A stretch of 64,000 bases of DNA, taken from an uncultured virus (IMG/VR IMGVR_UViG_3300035698_035315). Lineage: Duplodnaviria > Heunggongvirae > Uroviricota > Caudoviricetes. Every line of letters begins with the position of its first letter. Within the stretch, counting starts at the first letter, position 1. The notes below the pieces were generated by a model, which saw nothing but the letters and a program-made list of their open reading frames with translations, did not search any database and had not been told where the DNA came from. Below are positions 8,618 to 16,757 of this stretch, one piece after another. The position numbers and the translations under genes are program-made. The DNA is taken from positions 1-64,000 of IMG/VR virus record IMGVR_UViG_3300035698_035315. The stretch is one strand, 5' to 3'.

Positions 8618-9220
8618 ATGTTTTTCGTTGGCGATGTGCATGGGCGATTTGAGGAATACAAGCGAATCATAGTTGATTTGCCTCAAATCATTCAGCTTGG
8701 CGACATGGGATTGGGGTTTGGCAAAGATAAACAGTATCTCGACAATCCCTCTTATCGCTTTTTAAGAGGCAATCACGACAGTCCGGCTATCTGTCGGAAG
8801 CAGTTCAGCTATCTTGGGGATTGGGGCTATTTGAAGGATGAGGGCGTATTTTACGTTAGTGGTGCGTATTCAGTTGACAAGGCGATGCGTACCATTGATT
8901 TAGATTGGTGGCCTGAAGAGCAGCTTGACTATCAGACATTTTGTCGGGCAATTGAGTCGTACAAGCTTCTGAAGCCAGAGATTGTAGTTTCGCATGACTG
9001 TCCGTTTGACATTCTGCCATACGTGATGGGCAATGCTCGGAGATGTAAGCGGAATTCGACGGTAATGGCTTTGCAGCAGATGTTTGATGCTCATAGGCCT
9101 AATTTGTGGATATTTGCCCATCACCACAAGTCAAGGAAGTTTTCTGTTGATGGAACGTTGTTCATCTGTGTGGGTATCTTAGGTGTATACGATTCAGAGA
9201 TAAATCAGTTCGTAACGTGA
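8618..9220 (+). CDS. calcineurin-like metallophosphoesterase
   Basis: GDVHG, LGD, GNHD, SHDCP, HHH motifs. Confidence 0.9.
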   Translation: MFFVGDVHGRFEEYKRIIVDLPQIIQLGDMGLGFGKDKQYLDNPSYRFLRGNHDSPAICRKQFSYLGDWGYLKDEGVFYVSGAYSVDKAMRTIDLDWWPEEQLDYQTFCRAIESYKLLKPEIVVSHDCPFDILPYVMGNARRCKRNSTVMALQQMFDAHRPNLWIFAHHHKSRKFSVDGTLFICVGILGVYDSEINQFVT

Positions 9221-9277
9221 AAACTGCATTGTAATTCATGATTGGTTATAGTTGGCTTGCAAGTATGGGGTGTAGTT

Positions 9278-10321
9278 ATGAGAAATCGCAAGATGTTCCC
9301 GACTGAATTGTCTTATTTTGTAATTGGTCGTGGGGATTATTCGGACAAGTATTTTGTACGTACCCGTGACATTTTGCTTGCCGAAAACAGACATTCTAAT
9401 GTGTTGATGCAAGTTTTTGGTCGGCGTGAGGGTATTGTATGCGGTATTGACGAGGCTATTGATGTTTTGCGGTGTTGTTGTTTGAATGATTCGGGCAAGC
9501 AATTAGCAATAAAGGCACTTCGGGATGGGGACTCTATTGAGAATAAAGAAGTTGTCATGACCATTGAAGGCGACTTTTCTACTTTTGCTCATCTTGAGAC
9601 GGTTTATTTAGGCATTCTTGCTCGGAGTACATCCGTTGCCACAAATGTTAAAGAGGTTGTGGATGCGGCATGCGGGTTGCCGGTTATGTTTTTTCCGGCT
9701 CGATTTGATCATTGGCGCATTCAACAGGGTGATGGTTATGCGGCTCATATTGCGGGGGCGGCATCGGCGTCAACAGATGCAAATGCAGAATGGTATGGTG
9801 GCGAAGGAATGGGAACTATCCCTCATGCTTTGATTGCTTCTTACGGCGGTAATACGGTAGAGGCTTGCAAGGCATTTGACCGCAACATGCCGAAAGAAAT
9901 TAAGCGTATCGCTCTTGTGGATTTTGAGAACAATTGTGTAAAAACATCACTTGAGGTTGCAGTGGCTCTTGACAAGCGGCTATATGCTGTTAGACTTGAC
10001 ACATCGGGCAACATGGTTGATGTTTCTGTCAAGTCAGGTGAGACAGGTGTATGCCAGGAGCTTGTGTGCAATGTTAGGAAAGCTCTTGACGATAACAAGT
10101 TTCCGTGGGTCAAGATTATCGTTAGCGGAGGATTCAATGTAGAGAAAGTAACAGAGTTTCTTAATGCGAAAGTTCCGGTTGATGGTTTTGGTGTAGGTTC
10201 GACGTTTTACAAGAAGAAGACCGATTTCACGGCTGATATTGTGTTGCTTGATGGTAATTCTTGCGCAAAGGTAGGTCGTGGGATTTGGGATCATTCACGG
10301 TTGGAGTTGGTTGAGACATGA
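9278..10321 (+). CDS. pncB: nicotinate phosphoribosyltransferase (NAPRTase)
   Basis: DKYF, FAHLETVYLG, GTIPHALI, ALVDF, AVRLDTSG, IIVSGG, DGFGVGS. Confidence 0.88.
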   Translation: MRNRKMFPTELSYFVIGRGDYSDKYFVRTRDILLAENRHSNVLMQVFGRREGIVCGIDEAIDVLRCCCLNDSGKQLAIKALRDGDSIENKEVVMTIEGDFSTFAHLETVYLGILARSTSVATNVKEVVDAACGLPVMFFPARFDHWRIQQGDGYAAHIAGAASASTDANAEWYGGEGMGTIPHALIASYGGNTVEACKAFDRNMPKEIKRIALVDFENNCVKTSLEVAVALDKRLYAVRLDTSGNMVDVSVKSGETGVCQELVCNVRKALDDNKFPWVKIIVSGGFNVEKVTEFLNAKVPVDGFGVGSTFYKKKTDFTADIVLLDGNSCAKVGRGIWDHSRLELVET

Positions 10322-10395
10322 GAACGGGCAAGGAAAATAAAGAAAAGTTCACAAATTCTCCATCTGAAGGTGATATATGGATGGAGGAAATAGAA

Positions 10396-10548
10396 ATGAC
10401 AAAAAGAAGAAGAGCAAAGAAGGTCGGGAGGCCCGCAATTTTGGGCGTTCGGAAGTCTGTCCCTCCGAAGGGCGGGCCGATGCGGGACAAGAAGGCTTAT
10501 AAGAGAAAGGATAAGAGGAACGACAGGCTAATGGATAGAGAGTATTGA
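10396..10548 (+). CDS. small highly basic protein
   Basis: GGAGG SD; RKSVPPKGGPMRDKKAYKRK; own GGTGATATA promoter at 10369. Confidence 0.6.
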   Translation: MTKRRRAKKVGRPAILGVRKSVPPKGGPMRDKKAYKRKDKRNDRLMDREY

Positions 10549-10887
10549 TGAAACGCATATCAATGGTCAAATAATCGTTTTTATGGCTTATCGTATGAGG
10601 AAGCCAATTTAGATTTGGATGTGCATTGTGGTTTGATTTGGAGCAACAAGGAGTGTTATTTGCGACCTGCCTATTGGGATTATTCTCATTCGGGAGATTT
10701 GAGTGATATTAGTTCTTATTGCATTTCGGGATTGTCGGGCTGTGTGTTTCACAATGTAGAGCAGCTTGTTGGTCATATCAAGCATGCAATAAAGGAGGCA
10801 CACCAGCGACAAATGCAAGCATATTGACAAAAATATCTCTGTTATGGGCTATAATAGGCACGTATTGTTTTTCAGAGAGGAATTGGC

Positions 10888-11223
10888 ATGGTCAAGTTTA
10901 TGACGGATAGACTGGCTTATCGCATTTACAAGGTTCTGATAGATTACTGTGGAGTGGATGATGGCGAGCAGAGCATTGTATCATTTGTCAGTTCTTTGGT
11001 GGGCGGTGTTCAACGATACAAGTTGGGCGGATTGTGTGGTGGTTTGGGAGTGTTGTATAACAGTGGAACACAATTGCGCATTGCTGTTGAGGGTGTAGAC
11101 CGGACGCCGGAGATAGCGGACATGGTTGAGGTAACAAGTCATCGAATCACTTGTGTGTATAAGGAAGAAATGAAGAAGTTCTCAAAGCGAGCAAAGATAT
11201 TGCAACAAAATGCCGTGGACTAA
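10888..11223 (+). CDS. hypothetical protein
   Basis: 111-aa ORF with GAGG SD. Confidence 0.6.
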   Translation: MVKFMTDRLAYRIYKVLIDYCGVDDGEQSIVSFVSSLVGGVQRYKLGGLCGGLGVLYNSGTQLRIAVEGVDRTPEIADMVEVTSHRITCVYKEEMKKFSKRAKILQQNAVD

Positions 11224-11329
11224 GAAAACACGACATGGTTCAGAATGCCCGCTCGGTAAGTTCAAGACAGACATATCGGTGCCCTGTTGATATGATTTAG
11301 GACGATTACGTTGAGGAGAATTTTGGATA

Positions 11330-12340
11330 ATGAGCGTTGATTTAACGAACATTAGTCAAGAGGTAATTGGCAAGGTTAGGGCTTCTATTGTCGCTGTCTA
11401 TCAGGTGGTTCCTGTCAAATGGGACGAATCCAATTCAACTCTTACTGTTGCGGTGGGACCAGCCACTACAGACATTGATGATTTGAAATTCGTTTTGAAT
11501 TGTAATGTGGAGCTTGTTTTGGCTGTAAAGGCCGACTTAGAAGCAGCTATTGCCAAGTACTATGGATTTGGGTTAAAGATGGAGACACACACAGAACACA
11601 TTGCGGATTGGATTGCTGGCTACGTTGAAGACGTGGGGGCTAAAGGTGTCGTAATCGGTTTGAGTGGTGGTGTTGATTCGTCTGTCGTGGCAGCATTGAG
11701 TGTGAATGCACTTGGAGCGAACAGAGTCGCTGGCTTGTTTATGCCCTGCGATTCAAGTTATCAGGACGCAACGGACGCGAGACATTTGGCAAAATGGCTT
11801 GGTGTTGGCTTCAATACCGTTTATTTGCGGAGCACGTACAATTCAGTGATGGTTAATTTGTTTGTCGGTCAAAGTCAAATTGCTCAGGCCAATGTCAAAT
11901 CACGTCTGCGCATGATATCGTTGTATGCGTATGCGGGCCAGCTTGACTATTTAGTTGTTGGCACAACAAACAAGTCAGAAATGGCAATAGGTTATTTTAC
12001 AAAGTGGGGAGACGGTGGTGTTGACATAGAACCAATCGCTTCATACTACAAGACGGACATTTACAAAATGGCTGAGGTGCTTGGTATTGCTGAGGCATTT
12101 CCAAGCATTGTAACGAAGCCACCTTCTGCGGGTTTATGGGATGGTCAAACGGATGAAGGCGAAATTGGCGTAACATACAAAGTGCTTGACAAGTATTTGA
12201 AGTGTTGTGAAGACTCTGTTTGTTCAGTTTCTTTGGCTGAAGAAATAGGTCGAGACATGTTATCCAAGATACAGGGTTTGATTTCTCGGACGGCACACAA
12301 ACGCAAGATGCCACCTGTGTGCGACCGTCTTACGGACTAA
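11330..12340 (+). CDS. nadE: NH3-dependent NAD synthetase with an N-terminal T2SSE_N (GspE/PilB N-domain)-like fusion
   Basis: GLSGGVDS, NVKSRLRM, GTTNKSE, GYFTKWGDG, PPSAGLWDGQTDE; residues 1-79 VDL..YQVVPV..LTVAV..DDLKF..AIAKYYG. Confidence 0.92.
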   Translation: MSVDLTNISQEVIGKVRASIVAVYQVVPVKWDESNSTLTVAVGPATTDIDDLKFVLNCNVELVLAVKADLEAAIAKYYGFGLKMETHTEHIADWIAGYVEDVGAKGVVIGLSGGVDSSVVAALSVNALGANRVAGLFMPCDSSYQDATDARHLAKWLGVGFNTVYLRSTYNSVMVNLFVGQSQIAQANVKSRLRMISLYAYAGQLDYLVVGTTNKSEMAIGYFTKWGDGGVDIEPIASYYKTDIYKMAEVLGIAEAFPSIVTKPPSAGLWDGQTDEGEIGVTYKVLDKYLKCCEDSVCSVSLAEEIGRDMLSKIQGLISRTAHKRKMPPVCDRLTD

Positions 12341-12457
12341 AGGGCAGGCAATATGAAAGTCGCGTGGCAATGTGGAATTTGTAGGCTGGATGATTCAGGA
12401 CAGTTGGAAAGACTCTGGTAGTTTGGAGTAATTTCATTACAAGGTTCTCCTCGCAAG

Positions 12458-12492
12458 GAAACCCCGCCCTTTGTGGGTGGGGTAGTTGACAT
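12458..12492 (+). mobile_element. orphan IS200/IS605-type end hairpin
   Basis: ACCCCGCCC-TTTGT-GGGTGGGGT-AGTTGACAT; shares GGGTAGTTGACAT with the tnpB right end (39238-39250). Confidence 0.7.
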
Positions 12493-12540
12493 TGATTCCA
12501 GTAGAACAGTGGCACAATACACATCAAGGAGGATATTAAA

Positions 12541-13065
12541 ATGGAAAAACGCACGTCTTGCTATTTAGAAGTCAAGGCTATGGCTCTTGATAAAGCTTTG
12601 GACTTTTTTCTTGCTGACATAGGCAGCACTATCAAAGCAGGGGCTATTGAGCGGCGTATGGTTTTCTTAGCCCAGATTGAGTTTTGGGATTGGGAGATGA
12701 GTGAGTTGATTTACTCATTTGTGTCTTTTGCTGAGCGTGCTGAGTTATGGGATGATTGGGCAAAGCTTAAGGATCATTTACTCAAGATGGGAGTCTGTCT
12801 AAGTGTTCGCAATACAAAGAATACAGATTGGCACAAGAAGTGGGAGAAATGGCAGGAACAAAGGGGATACAGTAGAAAGATTACGAAGGTAGAACCGCCT
12901 TTCCCATTGCTTGAGAAGATTATCGAGAAGTGGAATATGATACTTGATGATTGTGAGAAATCCATCATTCGGCGCGGTTCACAGGAGGCTGTTGAAAAAT
13001 GGGGTGTTCAAATAATAGGCTTGGACAAGTATATAAAGAAGATTCCCTCAACTGAAGCTACTTGA
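12541..13065 (+). CDS. hypothetical protein
   Basis: 174-aa ORF with AGGAGG SD. Confidence 0.7.
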   Translation: MEKRTSCYLEVKAMALDKALDFFLADIGSTIKAGAIERRMVFLAQIEFWDWEMSELIYSFVSFAERAELWDDWAKLKDHLLKMGVCLSVRNTKNTDWHKKWEKWQEQRGYSRKITKVEPPFPLLEKIIEKWNMILDDCEKSIIRRGSQEAVEKWGVQIIGLDKYIKKIPSTEAT

Positions 13066-13096
13066 TTATGGTTTTTGCGATATACAAGGGTGAATT

Positions 13097-13899
13097 TTGA
13101 AGCGTCCTTTTTTTACTCGTTTGGGCGGCAAAAGTCGTTTACGCAAAACGATTCTACGTGCGTTGCCATCTGAGTGTGGGCTTTATTGTGAGCCATTTGT
13201 AGGTGCTGGCTGGGTATTTATGGCTTATGAAGGTGCTGTAAAGTATGTGATTTCCGACATGGATTCACAGGTAACTGACATGTGGAATGTTCTCAGAAGT
13301 GTTCCTATTGAACGATTTAAGGCCGCTGTGTTTGATTTCAAGCGTTCTGATAGGTTTTATCGCAACAAGGCAAATACAAATCAGGGCAATGGAAGAGCAG
13401 AGAAGAATTACTCTATTTGTATCGCTATTTACAGTATTATGGAGTTTTAGGAGATTACGAAACTCCTATATCTCGCGATTCTGATTTATCGAAGAAAGAG
13501 GTTTAGCCTCTTGAACATTATCATCCTGTTCATGAGGAATTGAATAGTCGAGATTTGACAATCATAAATGGCGATTATCAAGATGTTATTGACGCCTATG
13601 ATACTACACGGACGGTATTCTATTTTGACCCGCCGTGGATAGACAACATCTGTCAGGATAGATATGGTGGTTGTCACATTAGTTATTCTGATATTGTGCA
13701 ATGGATGAAAAGGTTGAAAGGTTTTGTTTTGATGACTTGCAATCCTGCATCGCTTGCGGGATTAGATATGTCGAATCTATTTTGGGCTAAGGTCAATCAG
13801 AAGTACGGCTCATGCAATTTCGTAAAATGTTCTGGTGGCAGGCGAGTATTAGCTAGTAAAATAGTGATGGTGTCCAATAGAGAATTGGGCACATTTTGA
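13097..13899 (+). pseudogene. Dam-like (D12 class) DNA adenine methyltransferase, disrupted
   Basis: PFFTRLGGK, YCEPFVGAG; FYFDPPW in the downstream ORF; frameshift near 13372 and in-frame TAG at 13504. Confidence 0.8.
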
Positions 13900-13977
13900 C
13901 ACTTTTTTTTGGCACTTTTCCAAACTCAGGTGATATAATACTATTAGTTGGATTATGCGTAAGAAGGAGACAACAAG

Positions 13978-14517
13978 ATGAGACAAGTTCTACTATTGAA
14001 CAACGGGGGCGAAGTGCTCGATGTTGTTCCGTGGTCAAGAGCTATCTCTCTTGAGTGCCGGGGCAAGGTCAGGATTCAGGCGCTTTATGATGATGTTGAA
14101 ATCCGGTCAGGACAAGGTTCGTGGCAACTGCCAAGTATCATAATGTTGAACCGCTACATTAACATTCCTTTTGAGAAGCGTGTTTCCGTCAACAAGAGAA
14201 ATCTTTCGCTGCGAGACAATTTCACCTGTCAGTACTGTGGCGAACTTTTGACGTTAGGGTCAGCCACGATTGACCATATTATTCCCGTTAGTAGGGGCGG
14301 CAAGACAACATGGCGTAATGTTACTTTGTCTTGTAAGAAGTGCAATAATCGCAAGGATAATAGGACTCCTCAAGAGGCCAAGATGCACTTGCGGCGTAAG
14401 CCGTTTACGCCTACGCGAGAGCTTTTCTTTTTGGCTTACGTTCGGAAGCCAGGGTATGAATCTTGGAGACCTTTCTTCAAAAAGTCCATTCGTAGGCGTG
14501 AGGTCGGGCAGAACTAA
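13978..14517 (+). CDS. HNH endonuclease (McrA-like)
   Basis: VLLLN; RDNFTCQYCG..TIDHIIPVSRGG..W.N...CKKCNNRK. Confidence 0.92.
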   Translation: MRQVLLLNNGGEVLDVVPWSRAISLECRGKVRIQALYDDVEIRSGQGSWQLPSIIMLNRYINIPFEKRVSVNKRNLSLRDNFTCQYCGELLTLGSATIDHIIPVSRGGKTTWRNVTLSCKKCNNRKDNRTPQEAKMHLRRKPFTPTRELFFLAYVRKPGYESWRPFFKKSIRRREVGQN

Positions 14518-14551
14518 ATTGTCCACATTTTTGAGAATCAGATTTGTTAGC

Positions 14552-14623
14552 GCTGGCGTGGCTCAACGGTAGAGCACCTCTTTCGTAAAGAGGAGGTCGT
14601 GGGTTCGACTCCCACCGTCAGCT
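14552..14623 (+). tRNA. tRNA-Thr(CGT)
   Basis: GCTGGCG/CGTCAGC; CCTCT-TTCGTAA-AGAGG; GTGGG-TTCGACT-CCCAC. Confidence 0.93.
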
Positions 14624-14667
14624 TGTTTTCAGGTTTTTGATGTTGTGATAATAGCAAGGGGCATACG

Positions 14668-15030
14668 ATGTATATTATTGGCAATGTGGTTTATGGTATT
14701 TCGTTGACGGAAGAGGTTGGCAAGGCTGCTGAAGAATGGAGGCCGGATGGCCTTGGTGTCTTGGCCAAAAAGGGCATCGTGACAACGCTGTATAGTGGTG
14801 CTGTTTGGCACACTGTTGGCTATTGTGGGATTTGCTTGGGGCGTTTCGATGAGTGCGATGGGGATGTTCTTATCAAGGCCGACGAGGGCGAAATGGAAGA
14901 GCTTTTCAGGTTTATCGTGACCGACGAACAACGAGCAAAAGCATCAGAAAAGATCGCCAAGTTGCCGGATGAAATTAAAGCAGTGATGCCAAAGGTTGGA
15001 ATCCATTTTGTGTTTTCAACTTCGTGTTGA
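14668..15030 (+). CDS. hypothetical protein
   Basis: 120-aa ORF downstream of TGnGATAAT. Confidence 0.7.
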   Translation: MYIIGNVVYGISLTEEVGKAAEEWRPDGLGVLAKKGIVTTLYSGAVWHTVGYCGICLGRFDECDGDVLIKADEGEMEELFRFIVTDEQRAKASEKIAKLPDEIKAVMPKVGIHFVFSTSC

Positions 15031-15048
15031 CGTTTTTTCAGAAATTGA

Positions 15049-15126
15049 GGAAAGGTGGCCGAAGGAGCACGTCTGGAAAGCGTATAGACGACGAAAGTTT
15101 CGTGGGTTTAAATCTCACTCTTTCCG
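15049..15126 (+). pseudogene. degenerate tRNA-Ser(GGA) lacking the D loop
   Basis: GGAAAGG/TCTTTCC; GCCGA-AGGAG with D loop missing; CACGT-CTGGAAA-GCGTA; T loop TTTAAAT. Confidence 0.7.
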
Positions 15127-15178
15127 TCAGCAAGGTATTTTCGAGAAGGGATTGCTGGACGGTGAACTTATTGACGAT

Positions 15179-15282
15179 TTGTGGTTTTGCGGTATAAAAG
15201 TCAAATCCATCTTGACTACAAATACGGTTATCCGAACGCCTGAACATTTGCTGTTACTCAGAGGCGTCATAGAAAACTGCGA
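15179..15282 (+). ncRNA. candidate multibranch structured RNA, family not recognised
   Basis: Closing stem GTGGTTTT/AAAACTGC around AGTCAA/TTGACT, CGG-TTAT-CCG and ACGCCT/AGGCGT hairpins. Confidence 0.35.
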
Positions 15283-15410
15283 AAAAGTGACGATTTTTGA
15301 GAAACTTTTTGAGCTATGGTGATATAAAGGTGGTTGATAAAAGAGTTTTGAGTGGAGATTGTCGGTATAACTGCCGGTATAACTGCCGGCACAACTGAAG
15401 GAGAGAAATA

Positions 15411-15605
15411 ATGAACAAGCAACAGATGAGTGACCTTGAAGACCGCGTGGTTTTCTGGCGACACAATCAGCAAGCAAATGAGGAGGCGAAGGCACTGCTG
15501 GAGCAGGTCTTGGGTAGCGAGTCGGGGACGGACATTCTCGTAAAGCTTGTTGAGCGTTTGGCTCTTGTCTCCAAAGAGGTAGAGCGTGATGGAGCAGCTC
15601 TTTAA
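15411..15605 (+). CDS. small hypothetical protein
   Basis: AAGGAG SD; promoter motif at 15318; terminator follows. Confidence 0.65.
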   Translation: MNKQQMSDLEDRVVFWRHNQQANEEAKALLEQVLGSESGTDILVKLVERLALVSKEVERDGAAL

Positions 15606-15613
15606 TTGACAAC

Positions 15614-15640
15614 TCCGGCGCCCCGAAGGGCGCCGGATTT
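15614..15640 (+). terminator. GC-rich hairpin terminator
   Basis: TCCGGCGCCC-CGAA-GGGCGCCGGA then TTT. Confidence 0.7.
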
Positions 15641-15775
15641 CTCAACATCGAATTCTCTGTTGGGGTCAATTTTTTGACAATGTGATAAGGAAAAGTGACG
15701 TTGTGGAAGAAGGCGTGACTTGTGTAGAGCTAATTGGTTGTCTTTTGGCTAGTGACATCATAGAAGGGAGCAGTA

Positions 15776-15922
15776 ATGGATAACGGGAAGCAACTTGGCA
15801 AAGATGAGGTAATGGTTTCTTCTAAGAGTCAACGCAAGAAGGAGAAGGACAAGAAGAAACGAAAAATGGGAAGGGCTTCTCTTGCTTTCAATAGAAAACG
15901 AGCACGTCAGAAGAAGAAATAG
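15776..15922 (+). CDS. 48-aa Lys/Arg-rich peptide (below the ORF-track cutoff)
   Basis: GGGAG SD; MDNGKQLGKDEVMVSSKSQRKKEKDKKKRKMGRASLAFNRKRARQKKK*. Confidence 0.55.
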   Translation: MDNGKQLGKDEVMVSSKSQRKKEKDKKKRKMGRASLAFNRKRARQKKK

Positions 15923-15928
15923 AGAATT

Positions 15929-16025
15929 GGATAGGTGGCTGAGTTTGGTCTAAGGCTCTGGTTTCGAAAATCAGTAGGCGGTGTCAAACACTGTCTCGTG
16001 GGTTCAAATCCCACCCTATCCGCCA
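15929..16025 (+). tRNA. tRNA-Ser(CGA), copy 2 (with CCA)
   Basis: Same as 4425-4518 except GCTGAG for GCCGAG, and ends GCCA. Confidence 0.93.
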
Positions 16026-16332
16026 ATGGAACAATGACGAATCCTGAATTAAGATAATGCCCCGCTCTTGGTATTTACATCAGAACCGCTTAGAATTCTG
16101 CCAGACGCACATTCTCGCCTTACTAAATGTCTTGTCTTATTGACGAGTTTTGCAAACTTGTCTATTTGTACGTCGAATTTTGTCACAATTTTCTTATAGT
16201 TGGCCTTATGGGGTAGGGTTGGCCCGATTCACGTGAGAGTTGGGTCTGGATATTTAGCTATATTTTTTTGATATTTGCATCTTAGTGAGGGGATAGCAAT
16301 GCGCATTAGATTTTGAAAAGGGGATTTTGATA

Positions 16333-16725
16333 GTGAACAGGAAAAGGTTAGCGAAGGAATTTGTTGAAGTTGCAAAGTTGTTATTAGCTACGGATGAGAT
16401 TGACGAAGAACAGGATTACATTACGCTTGACGAGATGGAGAATATATGTGCATCTTGTGCCGAGAAGATGCGCGAATCAGGCATTGAGAGAGTAAGCAAA
16501 TCAATTTTAGAAGGCAATGAGAAGGAAGCGGCGAAATGGGAAGGTCCGTATCCCAAGGGTTGGACTAAAGAAAGTCTCAAGAAGTATTGGAACACATTAG
16601 TTGGCGATTTGAAACACAAAGTTAGCGCCTGTATGCGACGCATGGAGGGGAAGGTAAGTGACCCAGGGGGTTTTTGCGCTGCATTAGCAGACCGTGTTGA
16701 TCCAGGTTGGCGTTCGCGTGTTTAA
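16333..16725 (+). CDS. leader-motif protein with CxxC module; paralog of 59683..60105
   Basis: NRKRLAKEFVEVAK; YITLDEMENICASCAEKM; PGGFCAAL. Confidence 0.75.
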   Translation: MNRKRLAKEFVEVAKLLLATDEIDEEQDYITLDEMENICASCAEKMRESGIERVSKSILEGNEKEAAKWEGPYPKGWTKESLKKYWNTLVGDLKHKVSACMRRMEGKVSDPGGFCAALADRVDPGWRSRV

Positions 16726-16757
16726 TATCGTGAAACTCGTAAAAAGTTAGAGGCAAG

